A stretch of 64,000 nucleotides of DNA from Eledone cirrhosa (Eukaryota): the NCBI GenBank assembly GCA_964016885.1, contig CAXHJY010000109.1:124001-188000 (forward strand), read 5' to 3'. Below are positions 27,001-39,219 of the stretch, piece after piece. The first letter of the stretch is position 1. Every line of letters begins with the position of its first letter. A model generated the notes under the pieces. That model was not told the DNA's origin, did not search any database, and saw nothing but the letters and a program-made list of their open reading frames with translations. The translations under genes and the position numbers were made by a program.

Positions 27001-28283
27001 AAAGAAACATATCTATCTGTCTACTCTTCTTTTGTGCCCCTGTGGCTAATCAAGAAACATATCTATCTGTCTTACCCTTCTTTTGTGTCCCTGTGGCTAA
27101 TCAAGAAACATATCTATCTGTCTTGCCCTTCTTTTGTGTCCCTGTGACTAATAAAGAAACATATCTATCTGTCTACCCTTCTTTTGTGCCCCTGTGGCTA
27201 ATAAAGAAACATATCTATCTGTCTACCCTCCTTTTGTGCCCCTGTGGCTAATAAAGAAACATATCTATCTGTCTACCCTTCTTTTGTGCCCCTGTGGCTA
27301 ATCAAGAAACATATCTGTCTGTCTACTCTTCTTTTGTGCCTCTGTGGCTAATAAAGAAACATATATATCTGTCTTACCCTTCTTTTGTGCCCCTGTGGCT
27401 AATCAAGAAACATATCTATCTGTCTTACCCTTCTTTTGTGCCCCTGTGGCTAATCAAGAAACATATCTATCTGTCTACCCTTCTTTTGTGCCCCTTTGGC
27501 TAATCAAGAAACATATCTATCTGTCTTACCCTACTTTTGTGCCCCTGTGGCTAATCAAGAAACATATCTATCTGTCTTACCCTTCTTTTGTGCCCCTGTG
27601 GCTAATCAAGAAACATATATATCTGTCTTACCCTTCTTTTGTGCCCCTGTGGCTAATCAAGAAACATATCTGTCTGTCTTACCCTTCTTTTGTGCCCCTG
27701 TGGCTAATCAAGAAACATATCTATCTGTCTACCCTTCTTTTGTGCCCCTGTGGCTAATCAAGAAACATATCTGTCTGTCTTACCCTTCTTTTGTGCCCCT
27801 GTGGCTAATCAAGAAACATATCTGTCTGTTTTACCCTTCTTTTGTGCCCCTGTGGCTAATCAAGAAACATATCTGTCTTACCCTTCTTTTGTGCCCCTGT
27901 GGCTAATAAAGAAACATATTTATCTGTCTACCCTTCTTTTGTGCCCCTGTGGCTAATAAAGAAACATATCTATCTGTCTACTCTTCTTTTGTGCCCCTGT
28001 GGCTAATCAAGAAACATATCTATCTGTCTTACCCTTCTTTTGTGTCCCTGTGGCTAATCAAGAAACATATCTATCTGTCTTGCCCTTCTTTTGTGCCCCT
28101 GTGACTAATAAAGAAACATATCTATCCGTCTACCCTTCTTTTGTGCCCCTGTGGCTAATAAAGAAACATATCTATCTGTCTACTCTTCCTTTTGTGCCCC
28201 TGTGGCTAATCAAGAAACATATCTATCTGTCTTACCCTTCTTTTGTGCCCCTGTGGCTAATCAAGAAACATATCTGTCTACCT
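21017..28283. repeat. 50/51-bp tandem satellite, ~143 copies (7.3 kb)
   Basis: Unit GTGGCTAATCAAGAAACATATCTATCTGTCTTACCCTTCTTTTGTGCCCCT. All ANQETYLSVLPFFCAP-type ORFs come from it. Confidence 0.98.
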
Positions 28284-28477
28284 ACCTAATTGTCTCTGTC
28301 TATATCTATATATCTATCCATTCTATCTATCTATCAGTCCAACCATCTATCTACCTAATTGATTGTCTATTTATTTATCTATATATCTATCCATCCATCA
28401 TCCTATCCCCCCCCTCTCTCTCTCTATATATATATATATACATATATATATATCAACTTACCTACCTACCTATCTAT

Positions 28478-29050
28478 GTTGGACGAGGTTAAAAAGACTG
28501 AGGGCAGACACCTTTCTCTCTGGACACAACTTATCCCTTCTTTAAGTACTACTTCAGAAGGAAGGTGAGAGTGGAGAGAGAGGTGCTACACCCCAGTAAA
28601 TTCGCTGAAAGGTGGGTGAATGTGGCGAAAATGGCCCGAGTGAATGGGCCTTCTCTGTATATAAACCTGTAGGTTGATGAAGATAAACAGAGGGAAGACG
28701 GGAACACCTACAAAACGTGTTCCTGGTGTTGAGGGTTGTTGTATCTACGGGGTGTAAAACAACCCTGCAGTAACGTCCCCGTCCCCCTATTGGGGATGTC
28801 AATTGTTATTTTATTATATATAGTTTATTGTTATTTATTAATGTTAAAGTTATATGATTTTTATGTAAAACCCCCGCCGTCACGTCTTGTAATGTCCCAT
28901 TATTGTACGCCCCTGTGGCAAATAAAGAAAGATATCTATCTATATACCTACCTAGCTACCACCCTTGTGGCAAATAAAGAAAGATAACTATCTATATACC
29001 TTCCTACCTAGCTATCACCCCTGTGGCAAATAAAGGAACATATCTATCTA
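28478..29050 (+). mobile_element. 5'-truncated L1/Tx1-like LINE (ORF2 C-terminus, 3' UTR, triplicated tail)
   Basis: Reading ..FFKYYFRRKVRVEREVLHPSKFAERWVNVAKMARVNGPSLYINL*, then UTR and CC(C/T)TGTGGCAAATAAAG three times. The clade call rests on recalled similarity. Confidence 0.6.
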
Positions 29051-29252
29051 TCTCTCTATCTCCCATTTTCTCTATCTCACGCACTCACCCTATCATTTCC
29101 AACTTGTTCTAAAGAAACCAAACATGTATCTTCGTAATTCTCAAATGTAAATGTGACATGGTACCTCAGTGTGGAGGGTACTTGTGGCTAAAGACATTTT
29201 AGCTGTGACCATCCCGTATTATGTGTGTGTGTGTCTCCACATATATATATAT

Positions 29253-29385
29253 ATGATGATTTCTAAAGAATGAAACAGTTCTAGTCCTGTAGAATCTCAT
29301 CTATATTAAAACTGTTATACTCTGCTATGTATTGAGTACCTTACTTACTGTGGTTACCTCCGATTCAACCCGGAATAACGTACAT
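29253..29385 (+). mobile_element. PLE-type 3' end with 5'-truncated HHR
   Basis: TGATGATTTCTAAAGAATGAAACAGTTCTAGTCCTGTAGAATCTC..GTATTGAGTACC..CCCGGAATA between TA runs. Same family as 51695-51877, 34838-35030 and 51000-51100. Confidence 0.65.
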
Positions 29386-29674
29386 ATATATATTATGTAT
29401 ATATACCTACCCAAATAAAGATTCCTTCTGATGAGCGATACCAAACGTTTCTATTAGAATCGTCTAACTTCATGAAACCTTGGGTAATGGATTAATGATA
29501 TTGTGTTGTTTATTACATAACCAAATAGCTCTGTACTATACATAGAGCACATCTTTCCTTTACCCTTTCCACGCCAAGAGATGTCAACATGAATGAACTT
29601 GTTATTTTTATCTAAAGACATTTTTTCTAATTCCATCCCGTCCGTCTCTTCAATCTATCTTATTTCTCATTCTT

Positions 29675-29710
29675 TCTTCTGATGAAGGACTAGCGTCCGA
29701 AATGTCAAGA
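29675..29710 (+). ncRNA. minimal hammerhead ribozyme motif
   Basis: TCTT CTGATGA A GGAC-TAGC-GTCC GAAA TG TC AAGA, with stem I TCTT/AAGA. Confidence 0.65.
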
Positions 29711-30646
29711 CTCTCTTCCTGCTATATCAAGCGTTAACCTAATATATACCTTCCATATACTGTACCGATTGTGTGTGTTATTTCTGTTTACCTTTTACAC
29801 ACACACACATATATATATATATCTTGGCATTACTTAATCCAATGTATCCTTCATATCTATAAACAGTTTGACATGAAATTATACGAGAGAATTGGCTGCT
29901 ATTTCTAGCAGCCTGATGCACCATTTCTGTCCCTTCCACTCTTATTGTTTTCGAAGGGAAAGAGGGGAGGGTGTTAAATTAAAAGAAATAGAGAGAAAGA
30001 AGAAGTGAAAGGAGGAATAAACAACACGAAGGGAAGATAACTCTTGCTGTCATATTTTCTTTTTCAAGAACCATCCATTAATTAAGCTAGGGACTAATTA
30101 GATGTAACATAATAACCACACACACACCCACAAACATCATCATCATCATCAACCTAGTCAGTATCATCATTATCACTACAGGAGAATTATCATCATCGAC
30201 ACAATACAGCATCATCAACGTCATCGGCATTGTCATAATCGGCGTTATCGTCATCATCGTCATCGTCATCATTGGCACCATCACCATCATCACCATCATC
30301 GTCTTCGTCGTCAACAATATCATCAAAGACATCATCATCAGCAGCAGCAGCAGAAATATCAAAGCATTAGCAGCATCAACCTCACAGTCAGCAACATCAT
30401 TATCATCACTGGCGACAGCAGCATCATTAGCAGCAGCCTAACTTCATTAGTGTTGCCAACAAGCCACAACAACAATATCGCTAATTAGTACATAATGAAA
30501 TGTGATATTGGCTTAGTTGAGGTGAAAGAAGCCTGACATAGTAACTAACTGTCGGCCTGACTGTCAGTATAATCCTCATAAACTGTTCAATTAGATGAAG
30601 ATTAAATTACTTCACCGTGCCTGTCCCACTGACTTGACTCACTGTG

Positions 30647-30762
<116 letters not shown>

Positions 30763-30974
30763 TGTGTAAATCATCACCATCGACATCATTACCGCCACCT
30801 GTCTGTCTATCCGACTCGCTGTAAATAATTATGTGTGTGTGTATGTGTGCAAATTGTTATCATTACCACCACCTGCTTCTCTACCAGGTTCAGTGTGTGT
30901 GTGTGTGTGTGTGTCAAAATAAGATTAAGATTATTTCAAACATATTACACCATAAACGACTAGAGTTATGACCC

Positions 30975-31275
30975 ATTACGTCCTGTGTTTAAATCCCGCA
31001 GTGGTTTACTTTGCCAGTAAAGTACCAGTAATGCACTGGGATAATTGCTGGCCTTGTGCCAAAAGTAGAAACAATTATTATGCCTAAATATAATTGTTTC
31101 TACTTTTGGCACAAGGCCAGCAATCACCCAATGTATTACTGGTACTTTATTTTATCGACCCCGTAAGGATGAAAGGCAAAGTTAACCTCGGCGGGAGTCG
31201 AACTCAGAATGGCAAATGCCGTAACTCTATGCGTCAAAGCATAGCGTCCGACCCCCTACCGATACTGCCAATCAT
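30975..31275. mobile_element. tail-to-tail SINE family A pair (+ 30975-31080, - 31092-31275)
   Basis: Both match family A. Confidence 0.85.
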
Positions 31276-31280
31276 GCATA

Positions 31281-31368
31281 AATGAAGTTCTGTAAAATAT
31301 AGTTTTTAGTCTGTATAAGTATTGAGCTGTTTTTACAGGCTAAAAATTATATTTCATAGAACTTCGTT
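31281..31368. repeat. short inverted repeat (MITE-like)
   Basis: AATGAAGTTCTGTAAAATATAGTTTTTAGTCTGTA ... TACAGGCTAAAAATTATATTTCATAGAACTTCGTT. Confidence 0.55.
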
Positions 31369-31386
31369 TACACAAATTATATTTAA

Positions 31387-31554
31387 GGATTTCCCGGCAC
31401 CGAAGATGCTTCGTCCTCCAGGACAACCAAATTAAAAAGACAACCAAAAAAGAAAAAATAATAATAAACAACCTTTGGCCTCCAGGACGCATGGTAGATT
31501 TTAAAGACTTATTTTAGGAAATAAGTAGCGTCTTCGACGCCGGGAAATACGGTA
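31387..31554. mobile_element. Tc1/mariner/pogo-type MITE relic
   Basis: Right end AGCGTCTTCGACGCCGGGAAATACGG-TA; eroded left end ATTTCCCGGCACCGAAGATGCT. Confidence 0.55.
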
Positions 31555-31849
31555 GTTATAATATATTGTAAATTAAAAACTTAGCATAGCAAGCAAAGAA
31601 GATATTTAAAAGAAAAATATTATTTTACTTAGAAAAGTTCGCTCAGACCGCGGTTTCATATGACAAAGAAAAAATAGTAATTAACATAATTAAAATTGTT
31701 AATTAGTAAAACTAATAAACTATGCGTGTAAACCATTATTAACATAATTACCGCTACACCGCCACCAACAACACCATCTGAAAACAGGCAGGTCCGAGTG
31801 TGACTGGAAGTGTGTGTGTGATTGGAAATTGTGCTTGAAAGTGTAACTA

Positions 31850-32122
31850 CTAGAGTGAGTGGAGGTATGGATGTGAGTGGAGGTATGGCTGTGGGTGGCG
31901 GTGTGACTGTGGGTAAGGTGTGGCTGTGGGTAAGGTGTGACTGTGGGTAGGGGTGTGGAGGTGGGTCCGGTAGGGCTGTGAGTGGGTGTGTGGCTGTGGA
32001 TGGGGGTATGTATGTGGGTGAGGGTGTCGCTATGAGTGGGGGTATGAATGTGGGTGGAGGTATGGATGTGGGTCAGGTATGGCTATGAGTAGGGGTATGG
32101 CTGTGAGTGGAGGTGTGGCTGT
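31850..32122. repeat. degenerate 18-bp G-rich tandem repeat
   Basis: TGTGGGTGGAGGTGTGGC-like units. Confidence 0.75.
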
Positions 32123-32882
32123 GTACAGGTGTGTGTGTTAGTGGAAGCATGTTTGTGCAAAGTGTGTGGTCAGGTGATTAGAGCTTTGTGTGTGTCGCTC
32201 TCTCCCCCTCACTGACTCTTTCCCTCTCTATCTCCCAGCCTTTCCCTCACCCTACCCATCCTCTCTCGGGTTCCTTCTCTGACACCCTATCATTTCCCTC
32301 TCAACCTCCTGTTATAGCGAAGAGGAATTCTTTACAAGAGAAACTCTCGTAGAACTTCGTTACAAAGGATTTAGCTATTCTTTCCAGCACACACGGCATC
32401 GTTAATATCTAATAAAGTAGATAATACAAAAGAACGAATAGAAAAGAAAAAAAAAATAGACTCATACAAAAGAAGAGGAATATCGCTTTTAGCTTTTCTT
32501 AGTCTTGTATTTATTTCTGACCAAAATATTGCCACATAATCAGTAGAACAGCTTTGAGCAATAACATATATATTTCCCCCTTCAAAGAATTTCAACCTAA
32601 CTGATTTTCTTACGCGAAACTCCTCACACTACCAATAAAAGGTTCCATTTGAAACGCTGTTTTAAAACGATTCCAACTCTCGCTATATCACCCCCCCACC
32701 CTCATCACTTTCCCTGTAAAAATGCCTGGCAGTGCACTAATGCCCAATAACTGACGAAGACAGAATTATCGTCCGTTAACTAAAACTTCTTTTAATCTTT
32801 ACTTACAAAAGATCTGTCTTTCTCAGCAATTTATAAATCCTGAAAAATACGTACGTACATACATACAAACATATATATTTAC

Positions 32883-32913
<31 letters not shown>

Positions 32914-33091
32914 ATATATATATATACTTTATATATATTAAGTATGTATATATATACTTTATATATATTAAGTATGTATATATGTACAGGAGTGCGTCTC
33001 CCATCAAAGAAAGAATAAATATTTATCGCAAATTCATTTATATTTCGTGTGAATGTATCAATGTGATGCCGCGTAGCACCAATCTGCCGGA

Positions 33092-33135
<44 letters not shown>

Positions 33136-33294
33136 TAAACTTCAACGAAGGTGATCTTCAATTAGGTTTTCGTCGTGTTTGCACCTCGTACGCACGAATA
33201 CACATGTTTTATATACATGGATAAATACAACGTACAGCCACATTTCTCTACCTATCTCATTCCAACCTTTCCTTCGACTATTTCTTCCCCTGTA

Positions 33295-33336
<42 letters not shown>

Positions 33337-33391
33337 TTCTCCAGTTCTATTTGAGGCATACTTTCACTATATATATATATATATATATATA

Positions 33392-34288
33392 GGAGATGTG
33401 TCAGAAAAGTTCCAGGACTGATGTTACAAAAGATATATTTCAAACCCAAACTTCACACTAAGAGTTTTCTCCTTCAAAGTAATCCCCCTGGAGTATGTAA
33501 CTGTAATCTTAGCTCTCTGCAGCGATCAAACTTTTTTCTTCATAATTTTATATACATGTCCTCTGTTTCAGGTCGTCAAGCAATGAGCACAGAGCAACGA
33601 ACAAACTTGAAAACTCCGTCAGAAGCACTGGGATTGCTGCAGCAAGTGTATAGAGATGCGACGATATCACGCTCACGTGTTTTTGAGTGGGGCAAGAGGT
33701 TTAAAGAAGGACGCGAGGGCGTGGAAGATGACCCCAGGAGCGGAAGGGCCTCAACAACCAGGACTGAGGTCAACGTTGAGCGCGTCAGGCAGATGGTGCG
33801 TAGCGATCGTCGGCTGACTGTTCGACTGATGGCAAATGAGCTGGGCATGAATCGGGACAGCGTCTGGAAGATTCTCACTGAAGATTTGGACATGCGGAAA
33901 GTCTGCGCGAAGATGGTGCCAAAACTGCTGAACGATGACCAGAAGGGTCGACGCATGCAAATGTGCCAGGACATCCTCGAGTGTCTTGAAACCGAACCAG
34001 ACTTGCTAGGGACAATCATCACCGGTGATGAGTCATGGATCTTCGAGTTCGACCCGGAGGGGACCCGTTTTGAAGACGTGGACGACATCAAAAAGGCCGT
34101 GACGACGGAACTGCGGAGGATCCCGGAAGAATCCTTCCATGAGTGCATGAAAGCGTGGCAGAAAAGGATGGAAAAATGCATTAGACTCCAAGGGGATTAC
34201 TTTGAAGGAGAAAACTCTTGAGTGTGAAGTTTGGGTTTTAAATAAATCTTTTGTGACATCAGTCCTGAAACTTTCCTGACCCACCTCG
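33392..34288 (+). mobile_element. internally deleted mariner transposon, ~105-bp TIRs, inserted in (TA)n
   Basis: Left GGAGATGTGTCAGAAAAGTTCCAGGACTGATG..CCCCCTGGAGT and right ACTCCAAGGGG..CAGTCCTGAAACTTTCCTGACCCACCTCG, with TA flanks. Confidence 0.92.
33583..34221 (+). pseudogene. mariner transposase with in-frame deletion of most of the catalytic domain
   Basis: HTH motifs (SRSRVFEW.KRFKEGR..VEDDPRSGR, DRRLTVR), a WVP-equivalent KMVPKLL and the first Asp in TGDESW are present. It then jumps from FDPE to GTRFEDV; the second Asp and YSPDL motif are absent. Confidence 0.9.
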
Positions 34289-34423
34289 TATATATATATA
34301 TAGATATATATATATATATATATATATTCTTCTAATGTATAAGGTACTATCCTGGATTTGTGGTTTCCCCGGTCTTGGCCCCACAAAATTATATATATAT
34401 ATATATATAATAATATATATATA

Positions 34424-34768
34424 TATATTAATAAAAGGAATTCCAACTTTGTCTGATTTACTAGTTTTATTTACAATCCTTTAAAATTATAATGATATTA
34501 TAATGAAATATTATGGTAGAATATTAAATGTTAAATGAACAAGTACTTTCAGGCTTTTCACAATCTTCAAGTTCATATTCAGTGAAAATTGCAAACTTGA
34601 CTGTCACCACCGAATATGAACCTGAAGATTGAGAAAAGCCTGAAAGTACTTGTTCAATTAACATTTAATATTCTACCATAATATTTCATTATAATATCAT
34701 TATAATTTTAAAGGAGTGTAAATAAAACGAGTAAATCAGACAAAGTTGGAATTCCTTTTATTAATATA
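34424..34768. mobile_element. fold-back pair of ~160-bp PLE-type ends, with an HHR-like motif at 34617-34656 (+)
   Basis: The arms are reverse complements. The right arm reads TGAAC CTGAAGA TTGAGAAAAGCCT GAAA GTAC TT GTTCA; stem II pairs poorly. Confidence 0.7.
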
Positions 34769-34791
34769 ATCTTCTATACACAATCATACAC

Positions 34792-34839
<48 letters not shown>

Positions 34840-34965
34840 CGGGTTCAATCGGGGGTAACCACAGTAAATAAGGTACTCAATACATAGCAGAGTGGAAATA
34901 TTTAATATAGAAATGGCTTCTACAGGACGAGAATTGTTTTATTCGAAGAAAATCACCAGGAAATC

Positions 34966-35012
34966 TTTCCTGATGATTTCCTTCGAATGAAATAGTTCTA
35001 GTCCTGTAGAAG
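34966..35012 (+). ncRNA. type I hammerhead motif in fold-back element 34838-35030
   Basis: TTTC CTGATGA T TTC-CTTC-GAA T GAAA TAG-TTCTAGTC-CTG TA GAAG. Confidence 0.55.
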
Positions 35013-35133
35013 CCATTTCTATATTAAACATATATATATATATATAACGATCATCAGCAATTAAATGCATTAAACAAAAAGACGGACTGTCCACAGATAG
35101 ATATATATACATATATATATAATTATAATAATA

Positions 35134-35323
35134 ATAATTGTTTCTACTTTAGGCACAAGGCCAGCAAATACCCAGTGCATTACTGGTACTTTATTTTATC
35201 GACCCCGTAAGGATGAAAGGCAAAGTCAACCTCGGCGGGATTTGAACTCAGATCGTAAAGGGACGTAACTATGCTGGAAAGCATGGCGTCCGACCCTCCA
35301 CCGATACTGCCAATCCACCGCCC
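35134..35323 (-). mobile_element. full-length SINE family A
   Basis: Near-identical reverse complement of 9755-9944. Confidence 0.9.
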
Positions 35324-35553
35324 TAATAATAATAATAATATTGAAACGAAGTCTTCGGAAGAACCGGTGTATCTCCGATCGCTGTCACTCACTCATTGCT
35401 TTAATTAAACCAGCATCATTAAGATTCCAATCAAAAAGAAAAGTGTACACATACGTTAATAGTGAGAGAAACGATTCCGTGTTGGTAGAGAATTTACTTA
35501 TCTGTCCCTGGACTAGGCACTAGTTCCTATTACCCTGTCTGCTACCGGCAGTT

Positions 35554-35644
35554 CAAGGTGTCCCCAAAAACATTCAACACCATTTTAATAAATATTGTCT
35601 GTTCAGGTAAACAAAGTGTGTATACATTTTGGGGGGACACCCTG
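35554..35644. mobile_element. short mariner-type MITE
   Basis: Ends CAAGGTGTCCCCAAAAA and TTTTGGGGGGACACCCTG-TA. Confidence 0.6.
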
Positions 35645-36071
35645 TATATATAGACTAAATTGTTTTATAAAAGTCAGTACAACTTAGGTTAGAAATAAAA
35701 ATGTTTACTTAAACTATAACAAAGTAAAACAATACAAAGCTGTTTACATTCTTACCTTTTCCAGCATGATATATCGGGGTTAGGGGCCGCTATGTATCCC
35801 TTTTTTTTTCCTAGAGAGGTGTTAAGGCGTGATAGTAAATTGAGCTCCTGTCTCTACAGATATCAAATCAAAATTGTCTGACATGCGCAGACTGGTACAG
35901 TCATAGTATTATGGGATATTAAACTATCAGGAAATATACAGAGAGAGGGGGAGGATTGGATTCGCAATATTGAGGTGACGAGTTCGATTCCCAGATCGAG
36001 GGGTGCGTTATGTCTGCATTTCATCTTTCTCTTTCTGCCAGGAGTTGTGACTAACAGATATTATCAGTAAT

Positions 36072-36142
36072 TACGGGGTCGACAAAATAAAGTACCAGTA
36101 ATACACTGGGTAATTGCTGGCCTTGTGCCAAAAGTAGAAACA
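36072..36142 (+). mobile_element. 5'-truncated SINE family A with 12-bp TSD
   Basis: ATTATCAGTAAT at 36060-36071 and 36143-36154. Confidence 0.8.
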
Positions 36143-36333
36143 ATTATCAGTAATGGAAAGATCAATGGAGACAACAATAGCAGTAATACTAACAACAACA
36201 ACAACAACAACAAGAGTATCAACAGCATCAACAGTAAAAATATCGTAAAACCTCAGTAACAATATTAACAGCAGCAGCAGCAACAACGTTAACAACCACA
36301 ACAACAGTACCAACACCACCAACACAAGTAACA

Positions 36334-36989
36334 ATAATTGTTTCGACTGTTGGCATAAGGCCAGCAATTATCCCAGTGCATTACTGGTACTTTATTTTAT
36401 CGACCCCGTAAGGATGAAAGGCAAAGTCAACCTCGGCGGGGCGTACAATAATGGGACATTACAAGACGTGACGGCGGGGGTTTTACATAAAAATCATATA
36501 ACATTTAACATTAATAAATAACAATAAACTATATATAATAAAATAACAATTGACATCCCCAATATGGGGGGGGGGACGTTACTGCAGGGTTGTTTTACAC
36601 CCCGTGGATAGAACAACCCTCAACACCAGGAACACGTTTTGTAGGTGTTCCCGTCTTCCCTCTGTTTATCTTCCTCAACCTACAGGTTTATATACAGAGA
36701 AGGTCCATTCACTCGGGCCATTTTCGCCACATTCACCCACCTTTCAGCGAATTTACTGGGGTGTAGCACCTCTCTCTCCACTCTCACCTTCCTTCTGACG
36801 TGCTACTTAATGAAGGGGATGAGTTGTTGTCCAGAGAGAAAGGTGTTTGCCCTCAGTCCTTTTAACCTCGTCCAACATAGATAGATAGGTAGGTAAGTTG
36901 ATATATATATATGTATATATATATATAGAGAGAGAGGGGGGGATAGGAGGATGGATGAAAGGCAAAGTTAACCTCGGCAGGATTTGAAC
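36334..36989 (-). mobile_element. SINE family A interrupted by an inverted copy (36438-36956) of 28393-28913
   Basis: SINE segment GGATGAAAGGCAAAGTYAACCTCGGCRGG is present on both sides of the insert. Confidence 0.85.
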
Positions 36990-37244
36990 AGCAGTAACAA
37001 TAATAACAACAACAGTACCACTATCAATAAACCAGAGTATTTTTGTTGATCAAAACCTAACTGTAAATGACTCATTCTACCCATTACATGTTACACCCAG
37101 TGGTAAACATTGTTTGTCTTATTTCATCTTCATGTTAGCTTCTATTTCATTTCTTTTGTTGTTTTGTGGATTTGTTTTTATTTACTGTAAGTTTTAAATT
37201 ATAGGAAGGGAGCATGACACCTCATTTTATGTTCCTATTTCTAC

Positions 37245-38358
37245 CAGGAGTTGTGATTGATAGATAGTACCAGTAATGGAAAGACCGATAGAAACATCGT
37301 TTCCTTAGTCTGATCTGATGATCAGCTCCTTTCTTCTGTCAAGAGTTGTGACTGACAGATAGTATCAGTAATGGAAAGACTAAGGAAACATTGTTACCTT
37401 GGTCTGATCTGATGATCAGCTCCTTTCTTCTGTCAGGAGTTGTGACTGACAGATAGTACCAGTAATGGAAAGACCGATGGAAACATGTTTCCTTGGTCTT
37501 TCCATTACTGATACTATCTGTCAGTCACAACTCCTGACAGAAGAAAGGAGCTGATCATCAGATCAGACCAAGGTAACAATGTTTCCTTGGTCTTTCCATT
37601 ACTGATACTATCTGTCAGTCACAACTCCTGACAGAAGAAAGGAGCTGATCATCAGATCAGACCAAGGAAACAATGTTTCCTTGGTCTTTCCATTACTGAT
37701 ACTATCTGTCAGTCACAACTACTGACAGAAGAAAGGAGCTGATCATCAGATCAGACCAAGGTAACAATGTTTCCTTGGTCTTTCCATTACTGATACTATC
37801 TGTCAGTCACAACATTGTTTCCTTGGTCTGATCTGATGATCAGCTCCTTTCTTGTGTCAGGAGTTGTGACTGACAGATAGTATCAGTAATGGAAAGACCA
37901 AGGAAACATTGTTACCTTGGTCTGATCTGATGATCAGCTCCTTTCTTCTGTCAGGAGTTGTGACTGACAGATAGTATCAGTAATGGAAAGACCAAGGAAA
38001 CATTGTTTCCTTGGTCTGATCTGATGATCAGCTCCTTTCTACTGCCAGTAGTTGTGACTGACAGATAGTATCAGTAATGGAAAGACCAATAGAAACATTG
38101 TTTCCTTGGTCTGATCTGATGATCAGCTCCTTTCTACTGCCGGTAGTGTTGACTGACAGATAGTATCAGTAATGGAAAGACCAATAGAAACATTGTTTCC
38201 TTGGTCTGATCTGATGATCAGCTCCTTTCTTCTGTCAGGAGTTGTGACTGACAGATAGTATCAGTAATGGAAAGACCAATGGAAATATTGTTTCCTTAGT
38301 CTGATCTGATGATCAGCTCCTTTCTTCTGTCAAGAGTTGTGATTGCCAGATAGTATCA
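37245..38358. repeat. 94-bp tandem repeat, ~12 units, with an internal inverted block (~37487-37812)
   Basis: Unit AGGAGTTGTGACTGACAGATAGTATCAGTAATGGAAAGACCAAGGAAACATTGTTTCCTTGGTCTGATCTGATGATCAGCTCCTTTCTTCTGTC. Confidence 0.95.
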
Positions 38359-38637
38359 CCAAAAAGCAAATGTAATTTAAATTCATTTAATTCATTTAAT
38401 GTTTATAATATATTTTTGTTATTTATATATACACAGAAAAGTGTCTTTATTGACTTTGATGGCTACTTATCGCTGTTTGCATGGCATTTGGTGGTGAATT
38501 AGTGGGGTGTTGATGATGGTCTTGGGTAAGGTGCGTGGGTTGTAGGGGAGGGTTGCTGTGGGGACAGAGGGTGACAGTTGTATCATGTAATATCAGCACA
38601 TCAACTTGTATTACATTTAGTCGTTTCTCATTGCACA

Positions 38638-38855
38638 ATTGGCTGTATACAGTAGCTAAATATAGAAGTGGCTGTATACACAAGTGGCTGTATACACAAG
38701 TAGCTATATACACAAGTGGCTATATACACAAGTGGTTATATATACAAGAGACTATATACACAAGAGGCTATATACACAAGTGGCTATATACACAAATGGC
38801 TATATATAGAAGAAGCTATATACAAAAACTGGCTATATATACAAGAGACTATATA
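38638..38855. repeat. 16-bp tandem repeat GTGGCTATATACACAA
   Basis: About 13 degenerate units. Confidence 0.85.
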
Positions 38856-38951
38856 TATTTATTGATATTAACAGCAGAAATATTTTTTGCTATACACCCC
38901 CCTCTCTCTATTTCTCACTCTCTTATTCATCTCTTTTCCACATACATTAAG

Positions 38952-39049
<98 letters not shown>

Positions 39050-39219
39050 TGCCTTCGTCTTCAGATCTAATGGACCCTTTCTTCACGTAATGTACGACTT
39101 AAAAGACGTACATTTAACTCTATGCAAGTAATATTTGTTTTAATTATCCTCTAAATACTCCAAGGACGGTGTTTGGCTGTCTTGTGAGATATTGTAACCC
39201 CCACCAGTACTGTCTGTAG

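Noticed and set aside
20986-28492. Many ORFs with ANQETYLSVLPFFCAP / LWLIKKHIYLSYPSFVP repeats; also a possible CRISPR-like array
   Set aside because: These are translations of a 51-bp satellite. The 50-bp units break frame repeatedly, and there are no unique spacers or cas genes.
33576-34181. 201-aa minus-strand ORF
   Set aside because: It is the antisense shadow of the mariner transposase.
37245-38358. 94-bp unit as a retrozyme hammerhead (contains CTGATGA, GAAA and a long stem III)
   Set aside because: The cleavage position would be G (CUG), stem I is only ~3 bp, and no stem II closes next to the core.
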